Part shown: positions 42,141 to 54,455 of the stretch, piece by piece | Numbering within the stretch: position 1 is the stretch's first letter | How the letters are laid out: every line of letters starts with the position of its first letter | Assembly: GCF_009914755.1 (NCBI RefSeq) | Contig: NC_060931.1 | Reading direction: 5' to 3' (one strand) | Length of the DNA: 64,000 nucleotides | From: the human T2T-CHM13v2.0 reference genome, Homo sapiens | Notes under the pieces: model-generated | Seen by the model: the letters and a program-made list of their open reading frames with translations, nothing else | Told to the model about the DNA's origin: nothing | Databases searched by the model: none | Program-made: the position numbers and the translations under genes

Positions 42141-43601
42141 GTTTTCTAAAAAGAAAACGCTCAACTAAGAAGAGGAAAACTATAATTAATCATAAGCAAA
42201 TGTTGTTGTCGAATGTATGTTTTTTTCCTTTTTCCTTCCATGCTTTTAATCAGATCATGACGGTAGATATTGACTTAGCTTCCCTGATGAATACAGGTCA
42301 GGACCTGCACACAAGGGCCCTGACAGCAGGCAGCTACTGTATGTATAGTTGGAATATAAATAATACTGCCTTCATGATTATTGATTGAGGAAACGTGATC
42401 AAATGGGGGATGTATGAGTTGTGCAATGAAGATGAGCTTGAAAAAGGTAGACATTAAATGCTGGCAATATTTCTTCAGGCTTGGTCTGTACACATGAAAA
42501 CTTAAGTAGAGGAATCTGCTTCCTTCTAATGAATTTGCAGCCATCTCCTCAGCCGGAGTGGTTGATTCAGGCAGATTCTTTCTGCTTGAGTGGTCCAGGT
42601 AATCGCAGAAGTGAAACATCACTTTGCCTCCTTCCAGAAACCTTCAGCCGCTTCCCCCTTAATCGTTTCTTTGAAATGCTTAGTTTTCATTTCTCTTTTT
42701 CATCTTTTAGGTCCCACCTTGTTTTAAAGATACAGTCAATATAGGAGGCATGCCAAGCTATCTTATCCACATTCAACACAATTATAATGAAAGTAAACCA
42801 GCTCTGGAAGACAGTTCCCAGAAATTAATTATCGCACAGAAAGTGAACACAACAGCCTTTTGTTATCATGATAATGAAATCACCACCACCTTAATACTTG
42901 ACAAACTTGGCCATGCCTCTGTTGAATTTCTGCTGAATAAACTGGAAAAATGTTGCAATTGGCTCTCCAAGGAAATTCATTGTTTAATACAACCACTGTT
43001 TTTTTTTCTGCGGAACGGGCGAGTGGAGTATCGAGAGATTGCAAGTGCCTAGGAGTTTCCTTTGCTACTAAAGATAGATGAGTGCTCCCTTATATGTTTT
43101 CTCTTAGTTATTATTTGGTATTCCATTGAAGTATTAAATCTCTATTTTGGAGAAGAACTGCTAAGAATTTTAAAAATATGTTAATAGGCTGTTGCCCAAT
43201 ACAGGCTGCACACCTTCCTCGGGCACTTGACAAGCTTCACGAGCTCGTGTTTAGTTTAGATACTGAAGCAAACTAGCCCATAAAATACGGTGCTGTAAAT
43301 ATAAACCTTTACGAACCTCTTGGGGTAGTCCTTCTAAAATGTAAATTAAGATATTCCATGATTCAAGCCCATAAACTGAAAAGTAGCCATCACCCTGAGT
43401 AGTAAGTTGCTTTCTGAAACCCCAGACTGTAAATTGCCTTTGGCCTGTGCTCACTGAGTTCTGAGTTTGTATGCACGATGCTAACTAATGATGAAATTTT
43501 CAAGAATGGTTTTTAAGAGGAGCCCACACTATCTTAGGTTATATGGTCTCTGACATATCCTTCTTTGGCTTAGGGGCTTTTTTTTATTTTCTTGTTTGAA
43601 G

Positions 43602-43685
43602 AGCCACCATATTTTACTGCTGAGCCCGAGAGTCGGATTTCAGCTGAAGTAGAAGAAACTGTGGACATCGGATGTCAAGCCATGG
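43602..43685 (+). CDS. SDK1: SDK1 coding exon (~exon 8), N-terminal part of Ig4
   Basis: T-rich tract ...tttgaag| ... ATGG|gtgagt; 84 nt. (E)PPYFTAEPESRISAEVEETVDIGCQAM(G); phases match both neighbours. Confidence 0.95.
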
Positions 43686-44079
43686 GTGAGTGCAGAGTGG
43701 CTGCTGGACAAGGAGCCATGACTGGGAGGAAGGGAAACAACCTTTTTCCATAGCAGAATTGCCATCATTCTAGGGAGACATTGAGTGTGATGGCGAAGAG
43801 CAGACTTCAGAGAGTAGATCGGTCTTGGGGCAGTGACTGTGGGTAAGGCATTTGACTTTGCCAAGCTTTTGCTTCCTCCCCTGCGAAACAGAGATGATAC
43901 TATTTACCCAGCAGAGCAAAAAGGAAGCCCACATCTACCCCAGACAGAGAGGGGACTCCATCATATCCTGTGGACTCCCCTTCCAAGGCCCTGACTTCAC
44001 AAGTGTGTGACCCCCCGAGATTCGGGGCAGAAAATTCTTTCTCATCCATGGGGTGACTAGGACTGGTGAGCACAGCCAC

Positions 44080-44460
44080 TCTAGAAAGGGAGATGGGTGT
44101 ACATGTATTTGTAGTAGGTACGTGAGGTACAAGGCAATTTTGTTCCACTGATGTATTGCACAGTGGTGAAGCCAAAGCTGGGAGTGCGTCCGTCACTGGA
44201 GTGATGTACCCTGTACCCGTTAAGTAATTTCTCATCGCCCACCCCACACCCTTGTGAGTCCCCATTGTCTGTCCTTCCACACTCTGCATCCATGTGCACA
44301 TGTGACTTAGCACCCACTTATTAGTGAGAACAGGCAGTCTTTGTCTTTCTGTGTCTGAGTTCTCTCACATAACTCAGTGGCCTCCGGTGCCATCCAGGTT
44401 GCTGCAAAAGACACCCTTTTATTCTTTTTTGTGGCCGAATAGTATTTGAATAGGAAATGT
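44080..44460 (-). mobile_element. L1MA-like 3' end fragment
   Basis: cccacttattagtgagaaca...ttgtctttctgtgtctg...catccaggttgctgcaaaagaca...ttctttttgtggccgaatagtatt. Confidence 0.72.
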
Positions 44461-46485
44461 TACCTTTTTTTTTTTGCCTTTTCAGCTCTGGGTCCCCTTT
44501 TCCTTTGCCATTCAGGTCATCCCAGCCCTCATCCCCATGCTTCAATTACAAGCTGCCCACTGTCACCGTCTCATGTCGGGCAGCACAGGTGATTACACAA
44601 AACCTTCTAGCAGAGACAGGCTTGTCAAGGCAGTTTCGTTAAGAAAAGCTGTGTTTGTATTCTGGCAACTATCAGGAAACGAAAAGGATCTTTTCTCTTT
44701 TGTTTATACCCATCCGTCCTAAGGATAGTATTTTCTCCTACTCCCTAAGAGCTCGGAGGGTAAGAATGACTACCAGTTTTGCAAATCTTCAAAACAGCTC
44801 CTAAAAGAGAGATGATTTTCACTGTACCACAGGAAAACCAAGCCCTGGAAAGCATGGTTAAGTACAGTGCCAAAGGCACTGGGCCACTCAATGAAATGGG
44901 ATCCTTCTCTGGTGAAGTCATTGCCCAGTGTGTGGCCTGTGGAAGTTACTCATTAAATACTGGGTACCTAACTTACCTAGGTCCACATGGTAATGGAGGC
45001 AGGACCCAAACGCAAATCTGTCAGCCACCAAAGCAGCCACCTGGCTCTTGCCAGAACACTAGCTTCCCCCAGGACCTGAAGCCCTGGACTTAGAACAAAT
45101 GCCATTTGTCCATACCTGCAACTGTGTGGATGCCATTTCTTATTCCTGAAAATGGTGTGTCACCCTTCCAGTGCTGTGCCACCCTTCCGGTGCAGCGGCG
45201 TGTCACCCTTCCAGTCCTGGTGGTAGAGGGAAAGATCAGCCTCTGCCCACAGACCCCCTCCCGACCCACCGTGCTTTGTAACCACTGCTCCTGGCCCGGG
45301 ACTTGGTTCAGTAGGAGTTCTGGTCCTCAGCTCCTGACCAGCTCACAGCGGCTGCTGTCCACGGCTCTGTTCTGTTTCTGTTCTTCTCTGTTCCAGCTCT
45401 ACTGATTCGGCATAGGGGAGGGGGAAAAAGTGTGAGAGAAGAGTAAGACGAATTTTACGTGGAATTATCTTTCTTACAGTGGTTGCATTGTTCTTTCTTG
45501 TGTAGGTGCCAGCTTCTTAAGGCCAACAACTCTGTGAATGTGAAGCTATAAAATATTTAGCGAGCTTATATTTCAGAAATAAGAGTATACAATACTGCGG
45601 GGGATAAGATTTCTGTTATGACATTAAATTGCCCCAAAATAGAAATACTCCCAGTTCCCTATGTACTAACAATTATTTTTCAACAAATGACAATCTTAAA
45701 CTCCCTTTGACAAGAGAAAGCTCTGTTTTTTTGCACGACTTCTGCAGGGTAAACTGCTTGTTAAGTGTAGACTTACAAATATAGAGACAACAGATCTTCC
45801 GACATTGCACTGCTGTCATATAATTTACTGCTTTCTTTTCATTTTGACAGTGAAACTATAGCAGCATGCGAAGTGGTTATTCCTTATGAAAGTGACATCA
45901 TGTAACTGCTATTATGAGATATTACATGAATTGGTTATGCTTTTACCTTGAAATGGATTTTTTAATATTTCCTGACTTAATGAAAAGTGACAGGAAACAT
46001 AATTAAGGCAAAGAAGAGAATCTAGGAAGACATTATCTTGAGTTATTCCATGGCATTAACTTTATTTATTAAAGTCGACATCTCACACCTACCCACACGC
46101 CATCTTAAATCAAGGGATTTTGGTGTGCTTTGCACTGAAGCATGTCAAGATATGTTTTTTATTTAAATCCACTTTCTCTTTAGGGAAACTGAGGTACAGA
46201 ACCATCTGAGATCTAGAGCTAAGTGTAGATATGCCTCATGGAGCGAGGCAGCTTTTCCTGTATCCACAATGGAATACCTCTTGTGCCTCCTCCTCGACCC
46301 TTAACAAGGTTACTTAACCTAACAAATTGCTCCTCTGAGACAGTAGAACTCCATGAAGGCCCATGATATCCAACCCCTTTGATAGGGGGTGTTAAAAGAT
46401 GGCACTCATTTTCATTGTTAGCTGTTGGGATGAATAGTGATACTGCCATTGAGCACTCACCAGGTGCCGGGCATGAGTTTTATAA

Positions 46486-46788
46486 ATACATATGTAAATG
46501 TACACACATGCACATATATGCACCACCTCACACAGACACACATAGAAACACATGTACACATATATGCAGGTGCACATATACATACACAGATGTACACACA
46601 CATATACACACACGCACATGTATACGCATACACACATAAACACATGCACATATATGCACAAACACACACACATACACACATGTAAACACGTAGACACATG
46701 CACATATATACACACATGTACACGTGCACACACTCGCATGAACACATGCACATACATATACACACACATGCACAGACACACAAACACA
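46486..46788. repeat. Degenerate (CA)n/(TA)n purine-pyrimidine alternating tract
   Basis: tacacacatgcacatatatgcac... running for ~300 nt. Confidence 0.9.
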
Positions 46789-47327
46789 TCCAATCTTCAA
46801 CCTTCTGAAGTCACAATTATCACTAACCTGCATGTGAGGAAACAGACAAAGAAAGGGACAGGTAATGTATTCTGCCCAAGGTGACACTGTCCGCGAGGCA
46901 TGGACCTGGGATGTGGCCTGTGTCCTGTCCTCTGCCCCTATGACCCTGTGCCCAAGCCCTCCCGCGGTGGCTGAGTAGGGCACTGCAGAGCAGAGAGGGC
47001 TTCATCTCCATCTGAACCTTAACCTGACTCTCAGCTGGAATCTCCTTTCCAAACAAGAGCATGAGCCTGTGTGGGTTCGGAGTGGAGCCTGGAAGGCACC
47101 GCAGCCAGGGCGGCCACAGTTCATGCCAGCTGTTCCTCTCAACACCCCTCCGTGTCGATGGCTTCATCTACAACGAGAAAAATAGCTCCTTATAGGGTGG
47201 TTGAAAGCACGAATACACAAGAAAATGCCTATTAAAATATTGGCATTCTAGCCTTTGAAACAGATGTGCTTCAGTTCTCACGTCAGGAATTATTTTTAAA
47301 ATCCTATTTATTCCCATTCCTACGCAG

Positions 47328-47522
47328 GGGTCCCCCTTCCCACCCTCCAGTGGTACAAGGATGCCATCTCCATCAGCAGGCTCCAGAATCCTCGATACAA
47401 AGTGCTCGCCAGCGGAGGCCTGCGCATCCAGAAGCTGCGTCCAGAGGACTCCGGAATCTTCCAGTGCTTCGCCAGCAATGAAGGAGGGGAGATCCAGACC
47501 CACACCTACCTGGATGTAACCA
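47328..47522 (+). CDS. SDK1: SDK1 coding exon (~exon 9), C-terminal part of Ig4
   Basis: cctacgcag| ... CCA|gtgagt; 195 nt. VPLPTLQWYKDAISISRLQNPRYKVLASGGLRIQKLRPEDSGIFQCFASNEGGEIQTHTYLDVT. Confidence 0.97.
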
Positions 47523-48730
47523 GTGAGTACACCCAGGCCCACAGCTACCTGACCTGGACGTATCCAGTGAGTACACTCAGCCCCATGGCTACCTGGATGT
47601 AACCAGTGGGTACACCCAGGCTCACAGCTACCTGACCTGGACGTATCCAGTGAGTACACTCAGCTCCATGGCTACCTGGATGTAACCACTGGGTACACCC
47701 AGGCTCACAGCTACCTGACCTGGACGTATCCAGTGAGTACACTCAGCCCCATGGCTACCTGGATGTAACCAGTGGGTACACCCAGGCTCACAGCTACCTG
47801 ATCTGGACGTATCCAGTGAGTACATTCAGCCCCATGGCTACCTGGATGTAATCAGTGGGTACACCCAGGCTCACAGCTACCTGACCTGGACGTATCCAGT
47901 GAGTACATTCAGCCCCATGGCTACCTGGATGTAACCAGTGGGTACACCCAGGCTCACAGCTACCTGACCTGGACGTATCCAGTGAGTACATTCAGCCCCA
48001 TGGCTATCTGGATGTAACCAGTGGGTACACCCAGGCTCACAGCTACCTGACCTGGACGTATCCAGTGAGTACACTCAGCCCCATGGCTACCTGGATGTAA
48101 CCACTGGGTACACCCAGGCTTACAGCTACCTGACCTGGACGTATCCAGTGAGTACACTCAGCCCCATGGCTACCTGGATGTAACCAGTGGGTACACCCAG
48201 GCTCACAGCTACCTGATCTGGACGTATCCAGTGAGTACATTCAGCCCCATGGCTACCTGGATGTAATCAGTGGGTACACCCAGGCTCACAGCTACCTGAC
48301 CTGGACGTATCCAGTGAGTACATTCAGCCCCATGGCTACCTGGATGTAACCAGTGGGTACACCCAGGCTCACAGCTACCTGACCTGGACGTATCCAGTGA
48401 GTACATTCAGCCCCATGGCTATCTGGATGTAACCAGTGGGTACACCCAGGCTCACAGCTACCTGACCTGGACGTATCCAGTGAGCACACCCAGGCCGACG
48501 GCTACCCAGATGTATCCAGTGGGTACACCTAAGCTCACGGCTACCCGGACATATCCAGTGGGTACACCCAGGCTCACAGCTACCTGACCTGGACGTATCC
48601 AGTGAGCACACCCAGGCCGACGGCTACCCAGATGTATCCAGTGGGTACACCCACGCCCACGGCTACCCGGATGTATCCAGTGGGTACACCTTGGCCCACA
48701 GCTACCTGGATGTATCCAGTGGGTACACCT
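47506..48730. repeat. 83-bp VNTR (alternating ~39 and ~44-bp subunits) overlapping the 3' end of exon 9
   Basis: Unit ggctacctggatgtaaccagtgggtacacccaggctcacagctacctgacctggacgtatccagtgagtacactcagccccat; about 12 regular copies to ~48480, then degenerate ~39-bp copies. Confidence 0.97.
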
Positions 48731-49710
48731 ATCAGCAAAGCCAGACCTGCTAGACTGGGCCTTCAAGGTAGAACTTCCCAAAATTTGCTCCATGTACTAC
48801 ACACAGAAAATGGTAGTATCTGTTCAGCCCCCTGAGGTAAACAGAAGGGGTAATGTGGCCAGAAGTGGGCAGACCAGGAGAGCCAGCTCTCAAGCACACC
48901 TGAAGCCTTTGTGGGTCCTGTGGGGAAACTGCTGAGGCCCACAAGCAGCACAGACGGCTGTCACTCCCCGGCCCTAGTACCCTCCTCTTCTCAGGGTAGC
49001 GTTGCCTCTTCCCGCACTAAGCCCTCCTCTTTCTTGAGGAGAAGTAGAAAAAACTCCCTTATTTTCTGGGCAGAATTGGAAAGACTATTGAGTGAATAGA
49101 TCACTCCTAATCTTTTTCTTTTGATCTTTTTTTCCTATTTTTTACATTCATTCTCTATTTTACTTTTATTGAACAATTGTAGTTCTTTTGTGAGTTTCTT
49201 TTATTATCCCATTAACAGAAATACCTTGGCTCTCTGTCTTTGAAAAATAAACTCAAGGTAAAGGTTTTCATTGTTTCTGTGGGTTTTCTTTTTAATCTTC
49301 CATGGTTGTATAATACTGTTCTTCTAAAATGAAGTAGAATCTAGTGATTATGGAATTATACCTTTCGTGTTTGCCCTTTCGGGAGCAAAATGCTGATATC
49401 CTCAGGGGTGAGAGCTGTTGGAGAGAGCAAATCAGTGTCACTGTGTGCACAGCCAAGGGCTCTTCCCACCCACAGCCTGCAAGGAGACTGACCAGGTGTG
49501 TAGCAAGCTGTGCATGTGTTTCGGTGAACTAGGGGTCCCTTCCTTGAATCTTGCCCTCGGGTCAAATTTGTCTTTCATTTTGGAGCTTAGGAAACCAATA
49601 TTGCTTCAAGCAGTAGAAATAATATGGAATGCTCAAGTCAGAACATGAGTCTTGATTGATTAGAATTATTTGAAGCCTATCTTGCAATCGTGAGCTGGGA
49701 CGTTCTTGAG

Positions 49711-49913
49711 CAGGGATTGACAAGCTTTTTCTGCGAAGGGCCTAATGGTAGATATTTTTGGCTTTGAAGGATGTGGCCTACTCAGCATTGCTGTAGTAAC
49801 CTAAGAGCAGCCACAGTTCTCAGCACATGCGAGTGGCTGTGTTCCAATAAAACTTTATTTACAAACACAGGGTGCAGGCTGAATTTGGCCCCCAGGTTGT
49901 AGTTTGCCAATCT
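49711..49913. mobile_element. MER58A-like hAT element
   Basis: cagggattgacaagctttttctg...aagggcc...tgttccaataaaactttatttacaaa...tgtagtttgccaa. Confidence 0.75.
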
Positions 49914-51348
49914 CCATTCCAGTGAGAGACTTAGGAATGAGAATAAAAAAGAACCCAGAGAACATCTCTGGGTTTCTCTCAGCCTCAGTTTTCTCATCCA
50001 TTAAAATGGAGCTAACCAAACCCAGATTATAGGATTCTCATGAGGGTCAGATTGGAAATGTAAGTGAAAGTGCCACCTGCACTGTTACCACGGCAGTGAG
50101 TGAGTGAACAAACAAATCAATGATTGTGATTATGTTATCTGTTTTGTAGTAGGAGGTTTTTTGCAAAATGAGTTTTTTAATTAAAATACCCTTAATGAAA
50201 GGAAAATGTGCTTTAAAAAATCGATATTGATTTGCTCATTTAGCAAGCGGCTGCTGAGCATCTGTGTCGGGCACTCTGGATGAGGCTCTGGGGACACGGC
50301 TGTGAGGAAGACAGGTGAGGTTCCTGTGCTTCCAGGACAGAGGGTCTGCAGGGAGGAGAAAGGCAGTGAAGGACGAGATGACTCCAGCCAGCCAGGGGTG
50401 CTGCAGAAAAGGGGAGCAGGTGCGGTGGCATATTGAGCCGGGGGCCTCCCCCAGACAGTGTGGCTGCCGGGTGGGGCTTCTCTAGGAGAGATTTAGAAGG
50501 AGCAGGAGTGTGAACTCTTGGGGACATGCGCATTGCATGGGCTGGAGGGGACATCAGGTGCCTTGGAGGAGCAAGCTCGGCATGTGTGCAGGTGAAGGGA
50601 GGCGGATAGGTTGGGGCTCAGTGACAAGCAGGGTGGCCATGACGGGCTGGAGGGTGGAGGGATAGGCAGGGGCAGAGGCCGAGAACAGGAGGAGCCTCGG
50701 GAGCTGCGAGCAAGCAGAGAAGGGACATGAAAGCCTTTGTAGCTTTCAAAGGGCAGCCCAAGGCTGGCTGCCTCAGGGACCCTGACACAGGCACAGAAGT
50801 GTTGAGACCTGTTAGGGGGCCTGCGGCATCTGGCAAGACCTGGACTCGGGTGGTTGCCTGCGAGGTGGAGAGACAAGGTCAGCTTCAGGAAGGGCCTTGG
50901 CAGTGAAGTTTCTGGGACTTGCCATGGTCCATGGGATTCTCAGCAGGTGCAGGCAGAGGCGGCGGCTGTGCCCTGGGTCCCGTGAGGTCTACTCACTTCT
51001 TTCCTTGAGGGGTATCAGCCCAGGGACCCTCACAGAAGACTTGAGAGACACAGATCACTGTTGTACGGGGGGTTCCGGTTAATCGTTATTGGGTAGCACA
51101 GAGTTAGGCGAGCCCTCGCTGAAGCCATCAGGAGCTCCTCCTGTCTTTCCTCGGTCTGACTCAGGGCTGCTCGGGGCCGTGACCATCCCCCATGAACAAG
51201 AAGAAACCCAGCACTTGGGGATCATGACACCTCCCAGAAATGTATCTTTATGGAGGTCTTTGAAACCTGGTTATTTTAACTCTCAGAACAGATCCTAGAA
51301 AGCATCCTAGAAAGTGTCATCTTGTGGATGACATTTTGTATTCAATAA

Positions 51349-51654
<306 letters not shown>

Positions 51655-51989
51655 TAAAGAACAAAAGCAGTCTTTTGGCTGATCTAAATAAATGCCTCTC
51701 CTCTCTTTAATATTCATCAAAAACTGTTCTTCCTGGGCCCCTGCACGTTTCCACTTGTGTATCTATTACATCGTGACGCTGTATTTTCTCTCCAGGTTGT
51801 AAACAAAGATCGGTAACTCCTGGGAGAGGAACAGTGGAGGGCTGCCGTCCCTCCTGAACAGTATTCCTTTTGTATTGCTACAGTTACCTCTGTGATTGGC
51901 TCTCTAAAGCCCGTGCAGGATACTCTGCCAGGCTGATGTGAGCCTCTCAGGAACAAGGCCCTGATCATTTCATTTACTCCTCTTCTCAG

Positions 51990-52106
51990 ATATCGCTCCA
52001 GTGTTCACCCAGCGGCCAGTGGACACCACAGTTACTGACGGGATGACAGCCATTCTAAGGTGTGAGGTGTCCGGGGCTCCCAAACCCGCCATCACCTGGA
52101 AAAGAG
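51990..52106 (+). CDS. SDK1: SDK1 coding exon (~exon 10), N-terminal part of Ig5
   Basis: cctcttctcag| ... GAG|gtgggt; 117 nt. (N)IAPVFTQRPVDTTVTDGMTAILRCEVSGAPKPAITWKR(E). Confidence 0.96.
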
Positions 52107-52240
52107 GTGGGTAGCATCCACTGCCCACAACAGCATGGCCCATGTAGAACATAACCTATCGGGCCAGTGCTTGCTTCTTATTCACTCTCTTGTTTATTCA
52201 CTTATGCATTCACTCAATGAAGATTAAATAACTCTTATTG

Positions 52241-52554
52241 CAGCAGTCCCCAACCTTTTTGGCACCAGGGACCTGTTTCTTGGAAGAGAATTTCTCCATG
52301 GTCTCCAGTGGGGGCTGATGGTCTAAGGATGAAACTGTTCCATCTCAGATCATTAGATTCTTCTAGGGAGTGTGCAGCCTAGATCCTTGGCATGCATAGT
52401 TCACTGGAGGGTGTGCGTTCCTATGAGAATCTAATGCTGCTGCCGAGCTGACAGGAGGGGGAGCTCAGGCAGTCATGCACGGTGGCCACCGCTCACCTCC
52501 TGCTACGCAGCCCAGTTCCAAACAGGTCTGCAGCCCAGGGCTTGGGGACCCCTG
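52241..52554 (-). mobile_element. MER1B (hAT-Charlie) DNA transposon
   Basis: cagcagtccccaacctttttggcaccaggga...cattagattct...gagaatctaatg...ttggggacccctg; ~315 bp. Confidence 0.82.
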
Positions 52555-53489
52555 ATTTACAGAATGCCTACCAGGTGCAAGATACCATGGGCACAAGGAT
52601 AAATAGGACAGACAAGATCCCTGCCTTCTAGAAAGGGAAACACACATTAGAAAAAGAGAAGGATTGTGCAAATGTCACTCTTCTCTATCCACGCCCTTCA
52701 GAGAGTGCCTCAGGCCTCCTCGGGCCTTACCGTGTCAAGGACTGGATGTGAAGTCACTCTGCTAGCACTCACTTTTCCCACTGTTAAGTGGAGCTCTTCC
52801 TTGTGACATTCAGAATTAAGGATCACGGCCTTTGTTTTGTTGAAGAAAGATGCTTCCAGGGCCACATCGTTCCGTGCCTTCTGCAGTCAACCTGGGACGC
52901 TTCAGCCCACTGTGGGTTCAGTTCCTGGGAAGGCTGCCTTTGCAGTTCCCATAGCCCGTTCCATGAGGGCCACTGAAGGAACAGCACACAGAGTCCATCC
53001 TGAACAAGTCTGTGCTTAGCCTTGTTGATTCACATGGATGAGCTCCTCATACTTGCTGGGCTGTATCGGGCTGACATGCCAAAAGCCTTATCTTTCTCTT
53101 CCTTCTGGAAAACCACCTGGCAGCTTCTCGACTCTCAGAGGTACAACCCCTGCACTCAGACACAGCTCCTAAAGATCTGGGACACTACAGATCAATAACA
53201 GGGCTGGGCTTTTATTCTCTCTTGTTTTCCTGCCTAATTTTGAACATAATAGCTTTATATAAAAATGTTTCAAATACATGCAGATATAAAGAAAACTAAA
53301 AACCGATCACCCAAACATAGCAATCACGTTCATGGATCATAATTTGTTTAACCAAATCTCTAAATATTGAGCAAGTAGGATGTTCTTGGTTTTTGTTATT
53401 CTAAACAGTGCTAGCAGGTACTGCTTCAGTTATTTCTTTTCCTACAATTTTCACTTTATTCTGATTATTTCCTTAAGTTATTTCTTTGT

Positions 53490-53846
53490 TGTATTAGTCC
53501 ACTCTCACACTGATATAAACACATACCTGAGACTGGGCAATTTACAAAGAAAAGAGGTTGAATTGACTCACAGTTCTGCATAGCTGGGGAGGCCTCAGGA
53601 AATCATGGTGGAAGGTGAAGAGGAAGCAGGCGCATCTCACAAGGCTGCAAGAGAGAGAAAGAGCAAAGGGGGAAGTGCCAAACAGTTTTAAACCATCAGA
53701 TCTCATGAGAACTCCCTCACTATCAGGAGAACATCACGGGGGAACCACCCTCAGGATCCAGTCACCTCCCACCAGATTCCTCCCCCGACGTGGGGATTGC
53801 AATTCGAGACGAGACTTGGGTGGGGACACGGAGCCGAACCATATTA
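53490..53846 (-). mobile_element. THE1/MSTA MaLR solo LTR, near full length
   Basis: tgtattagtcc...atacctgagactggg...gaggcctcagga...ttaaaccatcagatctcatgagaact...gggtggggacac...aaccatatta. Confidence 0.85.
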
Positions 53847-53928
53847 CTTGCTTATGGCTCTAACCACTATCTTCATTTCCTTCAAGCGTTACGACTGTAA
53901 CATGCCTCTTTTCTCCACTGTTCTTTAG

Positions 53929-54096
53929 AAAACCACATTCTGGCCAGTGGCTCTGTCCGGATTCCTAGGTTCATGCTTCTTGAATCGGGGGGTCTACAGA
54001 TCGCGCCCGTCTTCATCCAGGATGCCGGCAACTACACCTGCTATGCGGCCAACACAGAGGGCTCCCTGAATGCATCGGCCACGCTCACTGTGTGGA
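53929..54096 (+). CDS. SDK1: SDK1 coding exon (~exon 11), C-terminal part of Ig5
   Basis: ttctttag| ... GGA|gtaagg; 168 nt. [55 protein letters not shown]. Confidence 0.96.
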
Positions 54097-54455
54097 GTAA
54101 GGAGCAGCCCTCGCACGTCGGCCTTCTGTTAGCCACGGTTTAATCATCACGTCATCGTGTGCTTTGGGGATGTCAGCATGCCCTTGGGCTTGCTAATTTA
54201 ATCAAAAGAGAATGATTATTTTTACAACTAATTTATAGAAATCTGTTGAGAAATTAAATTTTCAATGTCTAAAAGAATACCTAGAAAATGTATTCAGAGA
54301 TTTAATAGGGGCATTGCAGGAGAGACGAAAGATTGACTTTGTAAAGTCAGTGGAGATATTACACAAAACTAGCTCAAATCACAAAATTGATAGGTTGGTT
54401 AATTTTATAAGCATTTTATAAGAAAATTAAGAATTAAAATCCTAAAGAAGTAATA

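Noticed and set aside
45700-46100. AT-rich, TAAT-motif-containing stretch as a conserved enhancer
   Set aside because: Conservation cannot be assessed from one sequence, and the motif density is compatible with base composition.
47545-48793. Series of 65-aa minus-strand ORFs (MYSLDTSRSG...) or a CRISPR-like array
   Set aside because: These are products of the 83-bp tandem repeat. There are no unique spacers and no cas genes, and the context is a eukaryotic intron.
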